DNA of 57,476 nucleotides, the filler included, from Sphacelaria rigidula (Eukaryota), in the NCBI GenBank assembly GCA_964200075.2. It is 7 parts of 7 records of this genome, joined end to end, with 100 filler letters (N's around TTAATTAATTAA, not from the genome) between each part and the next. Parts side by side here need not be neighbours in the genome. Positions count along the whole stretch, not along the records: positions 8,227 to 16,351 come from CAXNAA020012206.1; positions 16,452 to 24,576 come from CAXNAA020012207.1; 5 more parts are not named here. One strand, given 5' to 3'. The position numbers were made by a program, and so were the translations under genes. Below the pieces are notes generated by a model that saw nothing but the letters and a program-made list of their open reading frames with translations, did no database searches and was not told the DNA's origin. How positions within the stretch are numbered: position 1 is the first letter of the stretch; the number at the start of each line of letters is the position of its first letter. This document shows positions 11,127 to 23,674 of the stretch, piece after piece.

Positions 11127-14100
11127 ATGCGTTCATCTGCGGTGCTGCGACCGATCGTTGCGGTTGCCTCTCTCACTGCCGTAGCGCATGCTAGCGCGGC
11201 CATTTCTGACGTCGAAATCCCCAAGTTCGAGCAAGAAAGATTGGAGCTGTCTTTCAGGTATCGTGTAAAGTGCTTTTCCTGGTGAGGTCGGGGCGTCTCC
11301 GCCGTGAGCGTAGTGTGCGAAAGAGTGCAGGATCGCGCTTGGAGGTGTACTGTCCCGTAAAAGCGGCGAAGCTATTCTGGCTGATGATCTGGCTTGTGTG
11401 GGCACCGTAGGGTGCAGGATACATTCGGCAAGCTCAACCAGGCATGCATAGCATACAAAACTCCGCAGCAGGACTCTAGTACTGTAAAAAGAGCTCGAGG
11501 CGATCAACACAAACCAATAATGCGACGGCTGTCTCAGTTTTCGGTCACCCTGTCTCGGTACTCCCCGGTTCGCTCCCCATTGCAACGTTAAGCTGACGTG
11601 ACGCCTCATGTATAGTATACTACATAAGTATCCACTTGAACATATGTTTTCACGATGAACGGATAATGTCGCCATCTCATTTCTCTGTAGTTTGTTCCAG
11701 CTCCATTGGTCGCGCTGATTATTTCCTCGCCAACTGGTAATACACTTTCGCCGTCCCTGAAATCTGCTCGGTATTTATAGGGTGCAGACAGACACGTAGA
11801 AGAGATGTCTCCCGAACGAACGCGATTACGATGCTTTTGTTGAGATCGGTAAAGAGATGAAATTGTGGACATGCTTATGAAACAAGAAAAAGTAGATTGC
11901 ACTTAGGGCTGTAAACTGGCGGCTCCAATCAGTCAAGTTCAGACTACTCGCTCCAGCGGCTAGTTAACCGATCCTTTCTCCAGTTAATAGGAGGAGCCGT
12001 TAACTGAAAATATATCGACGGCGAGCGGCGATACCGCGAGCTTCAACGGCCCCGCCCGTGTGGTGAGGCCCCCCCGCCGTCGGACGCAGGAAACGTGCGG
12101 CATTCGGCTCAATTCCCTTCAAAACTCTTCCCCGTCGTGGTGTCTGTAACCCTGTTTGGAAAAGCACATTAATTTTCACCCGTTAGGGTAGATTATATGA
12201 TTTCAATCGGTACCGGTCACGAGTTCAGATTGATTGTTGTCCAACCGCAAATGGCTCCAACGTCGCGTAACACCCCTCCCTTTTCGCTGAGATCGTTCAA
12301 GGGAGGAGATCGTTTATTTCATGCCCGAGGAAAGGGATGGAGGGAGGAGGGGGACATAAAGGAATCATGTGTGGTGCGTACGTTCTAACGATGGCCCATG
12401 TGTGTCCGGAGGCATCGCTCTGCTGTGTGAATGCCTCTGTAACTAGCGAATACGGTGGACAACACCCCCTCGTGTCTGGAGAGAGGATAGAGCGATCTTA
12501 TCCAGGCCAAAACGGTACAGAGACGGGATGCGTACATTCAAGAATCGAATAAGGCAAAATAATTAATAATATATTTCCATATTTCAAGTATCAACAAAAC
12601 ACCTCCACGCCATCCAAACGCATTGCCCTTCGCACGGTATAGGCCACAACGATAGATACCACCCGTAAATTCACTGTAGAAAGCATCCCCCGGGGACGGC
12701 TAGTTCTTGTCCCCCGCGCTATCATGTATCTCCGCGCAATTCAGACTTCACAAGTTTTGTTTACGCACTCTTACGCGTCATCTGTCAAAGTATGGGCTCT
12801 TGATAAGTTCTCTAACTTATTAAACACGAACATCTCTCACACGTGGCTTGGAATAGCGTGGAACTACCCTTTACCAAAATTGGTATTAATACAGCGGGTA
12901 GTGCAAACTTTGAACACACGGGATAACTGGCGTCTTCGTCGCCAGATCAAATCTAACTCCAGTTCCACTTTGATCGAAGAGCAATGACTGGTTCAATTCA
13001 CAGCTCTATCTGGTTCCACTGTGTAGGCAAGGTAGGGTCGAAGTTCGCCTGGTTTTGGTCACGTCAAGTCCGGCTTCAGCCCAATTCGGCCGGTTATTCT
13101 CATTTTTGTGCTGCAAAAAGGTGAAGACGCGACAAACATAATTTCGGACGAGGCATAGCTAGTCTCTATGCAAGAAGCAAGCTCGAACGAAGACTTTTGC
13201 GCGGTATGCCAATTATTTTTGTCCCTTTCTCTTTGGCACCCGGAAAGAGGCGAAATGCTGTCATGTTTGAGCGGAAAGATTTTTTGTTTAGATCTTCTTA
13301 TACTATCTTTCTTGTTTATTTTTTATCCCTGTTTTGCTTGTATCGCGTTTTGTGGGTGTTCATCTGGGTCTATTTTGTCTTTTGTTTGTTTTGCTAGCTT
13401 GTGACCACAGAAGGCGTTCGCATCAGATGCCCAGTACGAATGTACTGCACAGGTATCGAAACGGTTTTTAACGTGAAGACAACAACAACAACAACAACAA
13501 CAACAATATCTTCGGCCGCATGATGGCATTGAAAAAAGAGATGATTACAACCCCCAAAACACCAAAGAGTCCAATAGGAATCGAAGAATGAATGGGACAC
13601 AGTTAAGGGCCCGTGCAAACATAGTCGATGCACTTACATCAATGCACAAACGTACCGCGAAACTTTAACGCCTGAGTAGTGCAGCGTTGCAAATTATCTT
13701 CCCAGTACCCCTCTATCGGACGGTCATACATTTACATATATATATATATATATATATGTATTATAATTTGTCTTCGTTCCTTGGAGACAGGTAGGAACAT
13801 GTAGCGTGCGCTTCGCTTTTCTAGTTTCGTACAGAATGGTGCTACGGTAGTGGTGCAGAAATATTTTCTGGGGTTATGGTTGTTAGGAGCCCTTGAAAAT
13901 ATGTGAGAGTACGCCAAGAATACTATTCCAATGTGCTTGGGATATCCCGAATAAACTTGCAAACGAGGATGCTCTGACCCATATTATTACGGACCTAGAA
14001 TCCTCAGGAGCTCCTGAACCAGACAAAAGTTTGCGCAAAAAGTATACTCCCACCGTAGCGTTGCTCTACGGCGCTATTGAAGGCGCCTCAACTCGCCGCC

Positions 14101-16240
14101 GCTTCAAACTCAGCCCTCAAGCTGAATTGTTAAGGTGGTCCGGTGTACCGGTGGTCAACGAGGTGGGAATGACCCCCCACTCAGGGAGTCTCGGACTTGG
14201 ATTTTAAATCATCCTCACCGAGCAAACTTCCTTGCAATGTCCCCCAGCTCGACTCTATACACGAGTCACCCTGCCGATCCATGCGTCCGTCCTCATTACA
14301 ATTTTTCTTATTTGCATGGATAGTACTTACTGCCGGCAGCTTGTGAGACGCTCTATCCGCAGCAGGCTTCATATGAACAGGGCCGTTGTAGGATTGGCAT
14401 AATGCGAATAGTGTGGTGCACAGTAGTTAAATATGTGTTTGTGTAGGCAGCGTGCATTTGAGGTGTTCACATCACACATGCTGGACTGTGGTTATTTACC
14501 GCACACAACTCTCACAAAAATAAGCCTTCCGGGCGTTTTTTCGTGAAATACGTGTGTGTGTGTTTATGTTTCCCGTAGAGCGGCGTGGGTCGCGGAGGGG
14601 AGTGATGATGTCGCTCCAGTGGATACCGTGGACATCTGGCTGCTGACAAAGCAGGCTAAGCCGTCTTCATGGATAGAGACAATCGCTAAGCAGGTTAGGC
14701 ACGCCCTGCAGAGTGTTGCAAAGTCAACGCACAACCACCGCGGGGAGAATACAGGACAAACTACCTAGGTTGGTGCTCGTACAAATGCACAAATGGGTTT
14801 GAGTCGAGGTAGACGGCAGTCTAGGTTGCCTCAGCAATGCTATACGCCGACAAATGATCAGTGACAATGGAATTCCTCAGTAGAAGCGCGTTTCCGTTGT
14901 GGCTACATAAAGCAGGGTGTCCCAAACAGCGGATCAGAGTGGGTGGATGCCGGGGATACGTGGGTAACCGGCGGGGATTGGGACGATACATTGACAGGTG
15001 AAGCCCTCGTTTGCGTCTACGAAACTGCGGACTACACCAACAACGCCTGCAGCGAGGTGAGCTGACAGCTCGAGTAGTTGTTGCCGTTGAGAACGGTGGT
15101 GCTATTTCGTGCACGTTTAGGTCCGTGTGCTTCTGTGGGTGGCATGAAGGAACCCGGTGTGTCTCGTTTGGTAGTCACGCCGATGGGATCCCAAACGGCA
15201 GTACAGTGCCGGCGATCTTGGTGACTGCAACGATAATATCAGCCGTATAGACATCTTCCCATGAGCAAAACCTGTTGTACGCTTGCTCAGAGAGTCTAGG
15301 CCATTGTCACCAATGAGGCAATGAAGATTTCTATCATTATAGTTGAGTGGCTTCGTAAACGCAGGAATCGAGGGAGCCCCGTCATAAAGCTCGGGACTTG
15401 ATTCACCGTAGGAGTATCATGCGTGTGCTTCATTTGCAATTTTTCCAGGCACCCCTTTTTCAGAGCGCCACAACCCGAGAACACTGAATTTACCGCATGC
15501 CTACATACCATTCCCGCGGGCTTTAGCGTTAGCTTGTGCCTGTCTCCCGTCTTAGGGTCCATCCTTCTGACCCACATGTCCACATTTTTGTTGTACCTAC
15601 TTCAATTCCTTTGTCCACCTCTTTGCTTCTCTGCAGACCATGGATTACTCAAAACACCGGAATTCCATGGTTCTCTATCTTTTCGACTGTTGATGATTCC
15701 ATTACGTATTCAACCCAGGAACTAATACGTCTCCCTTCTCTTTGAGCTTTTGCAGAACGTAGAATCGTCCAACCCATCGTAGTTTTCTTCGCATTTTTCT
15801 CTGCTTACTCTGCGGGCCACAAATCGTTCAACACACCGCGATTCATACGGCTGTCGTTACTTCCCGTCGGGTTTTGCTGCGCACAGGGCCTTCCCATTCT
15901 ACCATCAGACGAAGCACCCGCCGCAGAGCCGGGGGATGGTATCTCAACTGTTGCAATGCCCCGTCTTGAGCAAGAGGGCTTGTCCATTTCAATATCCGTT
16001 ACGTGGGCGGACGGGGGTGGAGCTAGCGGTAAAGAAGACACGGCCCCTTTGGTAGACATCTGGTTTACCGCGCGACAAACCGCTCCGGTGTCATGGATCC
16101 AGATGCCCATTATGGAGGTGAGGTGGTACTGCATTCCACAATGTTCAGCGCCTTGTCTGATCATGTTTGAATCCCAAATATCCCAGAGCACTGATTACGA
16201 TGCTGCCGAAAATTGTGATTTCTTTGGAGAGAGTTTAAGT
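11127..16240 (+). CDS. Secreted or ER-targeted hypothetical protein, multi-exon, 3'-truncated
   Basis: Exon 11127-11257 encodes a signal peptide (MRSSAVLRPIVAVASLTAVAHASA-) and is followed by an exon from 11411 (VQDTFGKLNQ). A phase-consistent chain then runs 14059-14134, 14579-14693, 15053-15120, 15464-15527, 15887-16117 and from 16187. Exons between 11450 and 14059 are not resolved, so the link between the two halves is inferred. Confidence 0.65.
13100..13506 (+). mobile_element. 5'-truncated LINE: T-rich 3' UTR with (CAA)n tail
   Basis: T-rich UTR and terminal ...aacgtgaagac(aac)n homologous to 1-80 and to 20327-20540 (-). The left boundary is approximate. Confidence 0.65.
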
Positions 16241-16351
16241 AGGCTTCTTCAAGATATTGGATCTTTCGGGGATATATGGCCCCCCAAGGATCTAAACTTC
16301 ACTTGTGCTCGGGGAGCCGAGCAATGCTACGGTAGGGGTGCACTTTTTTCG

Positions 16352-16451
16352 NNNNNNNNNNNNNNNNNNNNNNNNNNNNNNNNNNNNNNNNNNNNTTAAT
16401 TAATTAANNNNNNNNNNNNNNNNNNNNNNNNNNNNNNNNNNNNNNNNNNNN
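16352..16451. other. Artificial contig linker
   Basis: N44-TTAATTAATTAA-N44. Confidence 0.98.
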
Positions 16452-17183
16452 AAAGCATTGTTTTAGGCTTGAGCCTCATCTCGAAGTTAAACCTCAATTC
16501 GCACAATTTGTTGTTATTTGGTGCGATTTAGAGGTTTTGGCGTTTTCGAAGATGCTTGGGGAAGGACGAGTTCTTCGAGGTACCCTAGATTGAGGTATTG
16601 GAGTGTCCAGTACTTATGGATATCTACTGCCAAATGTGCTCGTTACATGCGGGTACACCAAAATCCCCCCCCCCCCCCAAACACACGGTCTTGTACCGAC
16701 GGATATCCAATAAAGGCACCCAGGCGGACTGTATCAAGGTCCCGGCTCCCNNNNNNNNNNTTTTTCTGGGTACCCTATATTGAGGTTTTGGGGTTTCCAG
16801 TATTTTTGGTTTTCTACTGCCAAATGTGCTCGTTACATGCGGGTACACCAAAATCCCCCCCCCCCCCCGAAACACACGGTTTTGTACCCAAGACTATCAA
16901 GTACAGTCACTGAGTGGTACTGTATGATGGTCTCGACTGCCGACAGCACTGAGTCTTCTGGGCACCTCGGTACCTGTTCTCCGAACTACCCGGCGTGAAT
17001 CCCGAGGCACTGCTGACCGCGTCTCAGACGGAAAACGCTTCCGGCGGGAACCCTCAACTTTCAACGTTCTGCCCTGATTCATAAACTGTACCAGGCAGGC
17101 CACAGAGGGCTCTGCCGCACATTTCCAGACGTGGTATCGTGGACTCAACACTCCGGCATCATGACATTTTTTTTCACAGTTGA

Positions 17184-20100
17184 TCATTGTGGTCGAGACA
17201 CGTCATCTGCTGGTGGCAATGATGCCTGCGACTCGTCATCTGCTGGTGGCATTTGTGCCTGCGACTCGTCATCCGCTGGTGCCAGTTGTGCCTGCGACTC
17301 GTCCAAGACTTGTCTCGATTGTTGTGTCAAGGGGTCATCGGGGCCCAGCACCTTTTCCCTTATCTCCAGCGCCCGTTTGAAGTGCACGCTGTCCAGGCAA
17401 CACGTTGGACACGATCAGCGCAGCTGTCTTCCAATGTCAGTATTAAAAAAAATGGATGCTTGTCCTACACAAGGCGGTGATTGAATTGCTTTGGAATCGT
17501 ATGCTCCAGCGTGTTGAGTCCATGGCGATGGGGAAAGCTCATCAGATTCAACAAACGGTTGATCAACAACTGTCCCCCAACTATTTGCACTTAATATCCA
17601 ACTACAGTACTACAGTATGGGCCGTCGTCACTTACCTCGACGGACTACCTGTCGTGTCGCGAACCGAGTGGAAATGCAGTGTACCACAGAAGCGCAGACT
17701 GTTCAACAACGCGCGAGCTTCCGTTGACATCAATTTAGCAAGGGAATCGACCACAACCAATCACGACGCACGGAGAGCAGAGCATTCCTCATGTACGTTT
17801 GATGGATAGAAACACAAAACCTTTCGAGTCTTCGCCGAGCAGTACAGTACTTACTGGACAACCGATAAGCGCGAAGTCGTCGCGTTCTTCATGGGCTCTT
17901 TCGACAAAACATCCGCCCTGTCTGCTCACCTTGCTTCCTCGTCCTTTCGAAGCGCCCTTTTGACCATTCCCAGGTTATGTTCTCGTCCCGCCGTTACCTG
18001 ATCTTCGGCACCCAAGCACGCCCTCGAAATCTCTAGGGAGCGGGTTGCAAGCGCCTCTGTTTCCGGCAGGAAATCGACTGCGGATTCATCGGAGGAGTCG
18101 TCACTGCGCCAAAACAACAATGAGCTCGCCAAATCGTCAATGGCTGAGGCCACCTGTCAAGACAACAAAAATAGTAGTGATGTTGCGCAGGCAGCACATC
18201 GAGTGGTACCTGCAACTATTTTCCCTTTGCCAATCGCCATTGGACTATAAAGGCACGCGAAGAGCATGTTGTATATAAGTGATGATCGCACAGCAATGTG
18301 TACCGTTCGACCACCCAAAAGCAAGAGCTCATGACCATCAGCAGGGCCAGAATGAAAATGAAGCAGCTACATGCAGCCTGTGTACTTTCTAGTCAAGTAA
18401 AGCAACGTTACCCACCTCATCGGCGCTTGGTCCCAGCAGCTTCTCTAGAATCCTGAGCGTTTGACGATACAGAGGCACTGGATCGGGCATGTAAAACGGC
18501 CGGGGAAGACCCGGGACGAGATTTTGGGAGTAGTCTTCCGACATTTGAGCCAGGCACCGCGCGTAAGCCGCCACTTCGATGGAGTCGGTGCCACACACTC
18601 GCAACACTAGCTTCTCCGATCAAATATTGCCAAGGTGCGGACGCAAGGAACATGCAATGACACGAGTTATGCGCTTGTTCCTGTCAGCAATGATCAGTCC
18701 ACCCAATCTCGACATCTTCGGGTCGAACGAGTCTCGAGTCGTGATGATCGAGTCAGGCTCCCTCGTGTCAAACGTGTCAAAAGGTAAAATGGAGATGACG
18801 CTGACTCGAATCATCACGGCTATTTCGGGGACATGAGCAAGGTCTTGCAAACGTCCATTACCCATACCGTTGACGACGGTATATACGACAAGTGGGTTAT
18901 GCAGTCATCATGGTGATACAGTCATCATCTGAGGCTGTTACTCAGAGGGTGCTATTCTACGTACCGGTACGGTATATACGACAAGTGGGTTATGCAGTCA
19001 TCATGGTGATACAGTCATTATCTGAGGTTGTTACTTGGAGGGTGATATTCTACGTACCAGTGATGTACACCGTCGTCTGATCCAAGTTTTCATATTCTTG
19101 AACCGTTTCAGATATGATCACATGTGCTTGTTCGGCAGGGTCGATCATGTACTCCTTTACCGGTCGGAGTGGATCCGCCGAACCGGATCGCCATCAAGTC
19201 GAAAGCCTGCCGTGCAATGCGTTCCGTCTCGGGAAAAGGGTGATGGTTCAACCAATTTTGGTAACCGTTGAGGATAATTATGTTACGGCCTAAAAGATGA
19301 AGTCTCGGCTCATACTCTTACTCAAAATATTCCACGACAAAACACAAGAGTTTGAGTCTTGAAACAGAGACCAGACTCATTTAACGTACGAACCTTTTCC
19401 TGCCTGTTGAAATGTTTATTATTAGATACACAACCACCTTGATCTCAGGCAGATCGGCTACTGGGATGCTTCCCTTGCTCCAACCTGCGCTTTTCTCGTT
19501 TTTGAAATCGATAGTATTCTACACAGTTTGCGTGGGACATGGTCCTACCTCATATGCCATTTTCTGTGATCCCAAGGCCTTATCGCCAACCTCCGGGTTT
19601 TCAGCCTGCTGGATCATCGCCAGCGTGTGGAGGCATTCTGCAACCTGCGAACGATTGTCGCATAGGGCGGGCACACCATAACTCGATTAATGAACTTACA
19701 TGCATGCTTTGACAACTAGAGGTCTTTGAAATACAAGAAGTATCTACACGCAAACTTAGACCTGCGTCATAAGCAAAGGCTGTCTTTCTGCAGCAGCAAG
19801 CAACCATCGGTACCGAACCAGGAAGGACGATGCTCTCGTGGCTGCTTCGGTGGGGGTGAAGGCCATCTTGAAGCCAACACTCTATCTTGACGCATACTTT
19901 CGTGACTCACCCGACGCCTCACTCACATCAACGGTTGGTGTGTTGCCATAAGCAACTTGCAGGATTTTCAATGCGCGCGTGCACGTTTCTCTGGCCGGGG
20001 CTAAATCTCCGTTCGCAAATAACGCCTGCGCCAATGGAATGAGGGTTGATGCCACCTGACGAAAGCACCAGTTGGATGGGTTGCGCGCTGTGAGATTCAA

Positions 20101-23100
20101 AACTAGATCGTACGGATTACACGTACAATTTCTCGAGGTGGAACAATGAAAAAGTAGCGAACTGTGTAGTCCTGCTCCCCCGCTACATGATCTAAGCGCT
20201 GCAGTCAACTCAATACCAGAGCACTGACTTCAATGCAGTTCTTAGCAGCCTGTGCTTCTGGCAGGAATGGCGAAGTCTGTCATTTCATGTACTTTTCACC
20301 CGGAGGCACCTTTGGGAGAGAACGTACTTGTTGTTGTCGCCGTCTTCACATAAAAAAACGGTTCCGATATCAGATGTCACAGGCTAACTACCCAAAGTAG
20401 GGTAAAATAAAATCAACAAAATAAAATCGGATCCAGAAAATTCACACAGGCGCGATACAAAAAATAAAGAAGCAAACGAAAAAAAAATGTTAGTAAAAAA
20501 GAAAAAAAAAATCCAACCTCCCAGGTTCCAACGCCGCAGGCGACCATTCGGGCTACTGGAGGCAGGGCCCATTGGTTCACTCGACGCGTGAAGCCAAACA
20601 GGAATGTAGCCAAACTTACGGACCAAATCACCAACCATAGCGATGAGAATCGCAGGATTCTATCCCTGTACCTCGAGAGGGACAGCCGTGTGTACGAATA
20701 TACTAGGCATAACAAGAAGAGCACCGCATAACAACACACCATCTCGGGGGAGGGGTGCATGGAAGTCAGCAATCAGCAGGAAAGAAAAAAAAGACAAGGG
20801 GAGATCATGAGGAGTCCTGCCATTTCCGCCATGTTCAGTTCCGTATAAGCAGGCTACACATTCTTAAATCTCCTCCCCATTCTTCTCAAAGATCCCGTTT
20901 ATTCGCACGTACTCGGCTGACCTCCTCGTTCTTGTGCCAAGAGGTCATAAACCTCTCGGCTCCCTGCATCACCCCCGCGTGTCACCGAGAATATAATGTG
21001 TCAGCTATTACCTGATACTCAATAGGCTACAAACGGACTGAGACAGGCACAGCGCATAAACACCGACAGAGCGAGGCTAACAACAAGCCATCCGCACGAA
21101 TGAGTGCCATGAGGGTTGATATGCTTGGGAGTTTGCGGAAGGCACCAATGGTTCACCTATATTGCCGAATATTCCTCCCAACAGCAACACCTGCGATTTC
21201 ACGATACAAAATAAGTACCCAGTGCATAGCGGCGACATTTTCTTTGAAATGTTGTCCAATCAGCTAACCCGGAGTACGATTTACCCTGGGGTGTACAGCG
21301 CCGAAAGTCGACTCGGCTTCGTCCAGCTTCCGCGCGAGATCAGGTATTGACATCTGCCGCATCATTTCCTCGGGACTGCGACCTGCCTGAAAGTTTGGTA
21401 AAAATGAAGGAAAGGGCGGTGACATGTTACGGATGGTACTAGATGCTGGCATCGATGCAATAGACCGCGTGCTAATGACCGCAATAGAGGCCGTGTTCTA
21501 TCGAAGTAGCATTGGTCAGTGCAAAGGCGGCGAATTTGACTGCATTTCGCTCTTTTCCTGCGGTCTGAGCTTGGAGAGAAATAATTAAGACAAAAAATGT
21601 GGTGGAAGTGACGGAATAACGGCAAGAATAACTCACCACCTCCAAGCTGTTCACGTTGTGATGACAATCTATACTGCACCCGACACAGCGCCCGACAGCC
21701 CGGGCCGTAGCTGATGCCAATCGATTCACGATTTGAAGACACGATCAGATGTGGATACTGGCAGATGAAAGGGAAACATCCCCACAAGTTTGCGCGGCGT
21801 GTATTTCTCGCACTCACTTGTTTTCGACCCTTCCCTGAGGGCGTGTCTCGTCAAACTCGACATGGTCATCGGACTCAAAACTGAATTCGATCTAAACATG
21901 CCCAAATTGGGTCCCAAACCACCAGCGAAAATGATTTCGAGATGAACGTCGACAACGCCCAACACCTCGAAACACAAAAAATCCACGCGGTTCAACGCTC
22001 ATCACGAGAGTTACTACACTGCCGCCTGAACAGTGCTTCGTATCCCACAAGGTAGTTCTTACTCAACCACGTGCAATGAGCTGCTTTTTGCTTTGATGCG
22101 TCAAGGAAATGAGGTGGCAGCCGCTGTCTTTTGACACGTGAAATAAGCACACCGACACCAAAACTCCACACCCCGGGGCGGAAAACGAGACAATCGCTTG
22201 CACACGTTGTTGATGCTTGCCCAATATGAAATCAAGCGCAGTCAACGAAAAACCTCGTACTCTGGTGCAGTATGGCTATGTCGATAATTACGCGTCGTAT
22301 AGCAGGTGTCTATCCGTTATGCTGCATGCACACCTTTCCCTGTCGAAAACGTCCTGGCGACCGTGAAGCGATGCATCACAGCGAACAAGAGAGCTCTCCT
22401 TGGGTTGCGGTTCGCTCTTGACGCAGCATTTTCAACAACTGTGCTCATTCAACTTCTAAACGTCAGCACCTCGTTGCGACCTTCTCAGGGGTATCTAATC
22501 TAAATTGAAGGACTTTTGGTTTGAGTACTGTCCAAGATAATACGCCCTGTCGCAATACTCGGTTAATGGTCGATTGTGATTCACGTGACCGGAATTTTGA
22601 TCATGAGGACGTCAAGAGCCACGGGGGAAAGTTGAAGTAATTTCGGAACAGAAATAGCGTCAAAATGTATTTAGCACACAGCCGAGAAACGGCGGGTGTC
22701 GCAAAAAATCATCCCACGCGCTATGAAGTTCAAGCAACACCATGGCAATACCATATCTCGGCCGAGGCTTGTTGGCATCAAACACGCATCCAACGCTATA
22801 TCTCAGACCATACTACATCGCCAACAGTCATTGTAGCCACGCAGGTGGAGCCAGCAATAAACAGTAGAGCAGCAACCAACTCACCAAAGTAGGTGTCAGC
22901 GGTTCCCACTGTCCGTCATTTTTAGCTCCACTCCGTCGCGTTGCAGCCGTACTCGTTCGTTTGGATTTCCATGATGATGGAAATATGTCGGTATCTCCCA
23001 CTCCTCCGGCAACTACCCTTCCCCACACTGGCGTTCGCGCAAGGGAAACACCTTTATTGGCACATGTACAGCCCGCCTTAGATCTGATAGTATTGATCCT

Positions 23101-23226
23101 GCTCCCATGTCGGTATGAGAATACCAGTGCGTTGTGGAGAGGAGTCTTGAAGATGAAAGCGTTCGTTGAGAGTGTTAAGAGACTGCAGGCAGTCAAAACG
23201 CTTAGCGGAGCAGTAATGGGGAGCAT
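17184..23226 (-). CDS. Plastid-targeted tetratricopeptide-repeat protein (kinesin-light-chain-type ~42-aa TPRs), 9 exons, 464 aa
   Basis: Exons 23226-22885, 21891-21818, 21668-21637, 21382-21285, 20055-19927, 19644-19549, 18610-18416, 18153-17930 and 17388-17184 are all GT-AG and in phase (1395 nt including stop). The N-terminus is a signal peptide cleaved at TNA-FIF (ASAFAP-type) plus an S/R/K-rich transit peptide. Repeats include HPRVASTL, RALKILQVAYG, TLRILEKLLGP and RALEIREKVLGPDDP. Confidence 0.88.
17201..17303 (-). repeat. 33-bp coding tandem repeat x3 (DESQAxxxPAD)
   Basis: Three units of gacgagtcgcaggcacaa(c/a)tg(g/c)caccagc(g/a)gat or a close variant in the last TPR-gene exon. Confidence 0.9.
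18872..19077. repeat. Intronic element: two 93-bp tandem units inside short inverted ends
   Basis: Units start at 18876 and 18969; the ends gacgacggtatatac and gtacaccgtcgtc are inverted. Confidence 0.7.
20327..21000 (-). mobile_element. 5'-truncated LINE (ORF C-terminal remnant, 3' UTR, CAA tail) in a TPR-gene intron
   Basis: The 3' end is homologous to 1-80 and 13230-13506. The remnant peptide GVMQGAERFMTSWHKNEE at ~20980-20925 is tentatively the LINE ORF terminus. Confidence 0.55.
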
Positions 23227-23421
23227 GGTACTGATCTGTCCGTGTCTGGCTGAGTCGCTGGTGCAGACAACGGTGGCGTCGAGTTGCGTTTCCTTCGCTA
23301 ATTGTTTTTGTGCTTTTTCACGGGTATATTCGTATATGATATAATCTTTCTCAGACTCGTGGCCAAGACGAGACGCCGCCCCTACAACATTATTTTTTTT
23401 TCATTCATTCACAGAATTAAA

Positions 23422-23674
23422 GGTCCCGGCGACTCAGTTGGTAACCTCGATACCTTCTGACGGTTGGGACGTGGGATCGAATCTCGGAGCGATGTGGGAT
23501 TTTTTCTCACACCATGCCCAACAGTGGAGAGCGACTATGTCGTGGGTACTCAACATTCGACTTCACGGTCGACAAGGGAAAGGGGCGGCTGATGTGCCCA
23601 AATACACCAAAAGATAGATGCAGACTGGCGTTCAGAATAGACGGGATGGCAACACACACATACACACACACACA
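23422..23674 (+). mobile_element. tRNA-derived SINE family 1, internally deleted copy
   Basis: gactcagttggtaacctcgataccttctgacggttggg...gatcgaatctc head and (CA)n tail; homologous to 5538-5894. Confidence 0.8.

Noticed and set aside
11992-12062. Exon EEPLTENISTASGDTASFNGPARV of the secreted gene
   Set aside because: No phase-compatible neighbouring exon was found, and the region 11904-12052 has weak TIR-like ends.
16590-16895. Biological tandem duplication of ~130 bp
   Set aside because: The copies flank a 10-N gap next to poly-C runs, which is typical of an unmerged low-quality overlap.
20912-20975. Extra phase-0 exon GAERFMTSWHKNEEVSR in the TPR gene
   Set aside because: It would split the canonical HPR-VASTL motif and lies in a probable LINE remnant.
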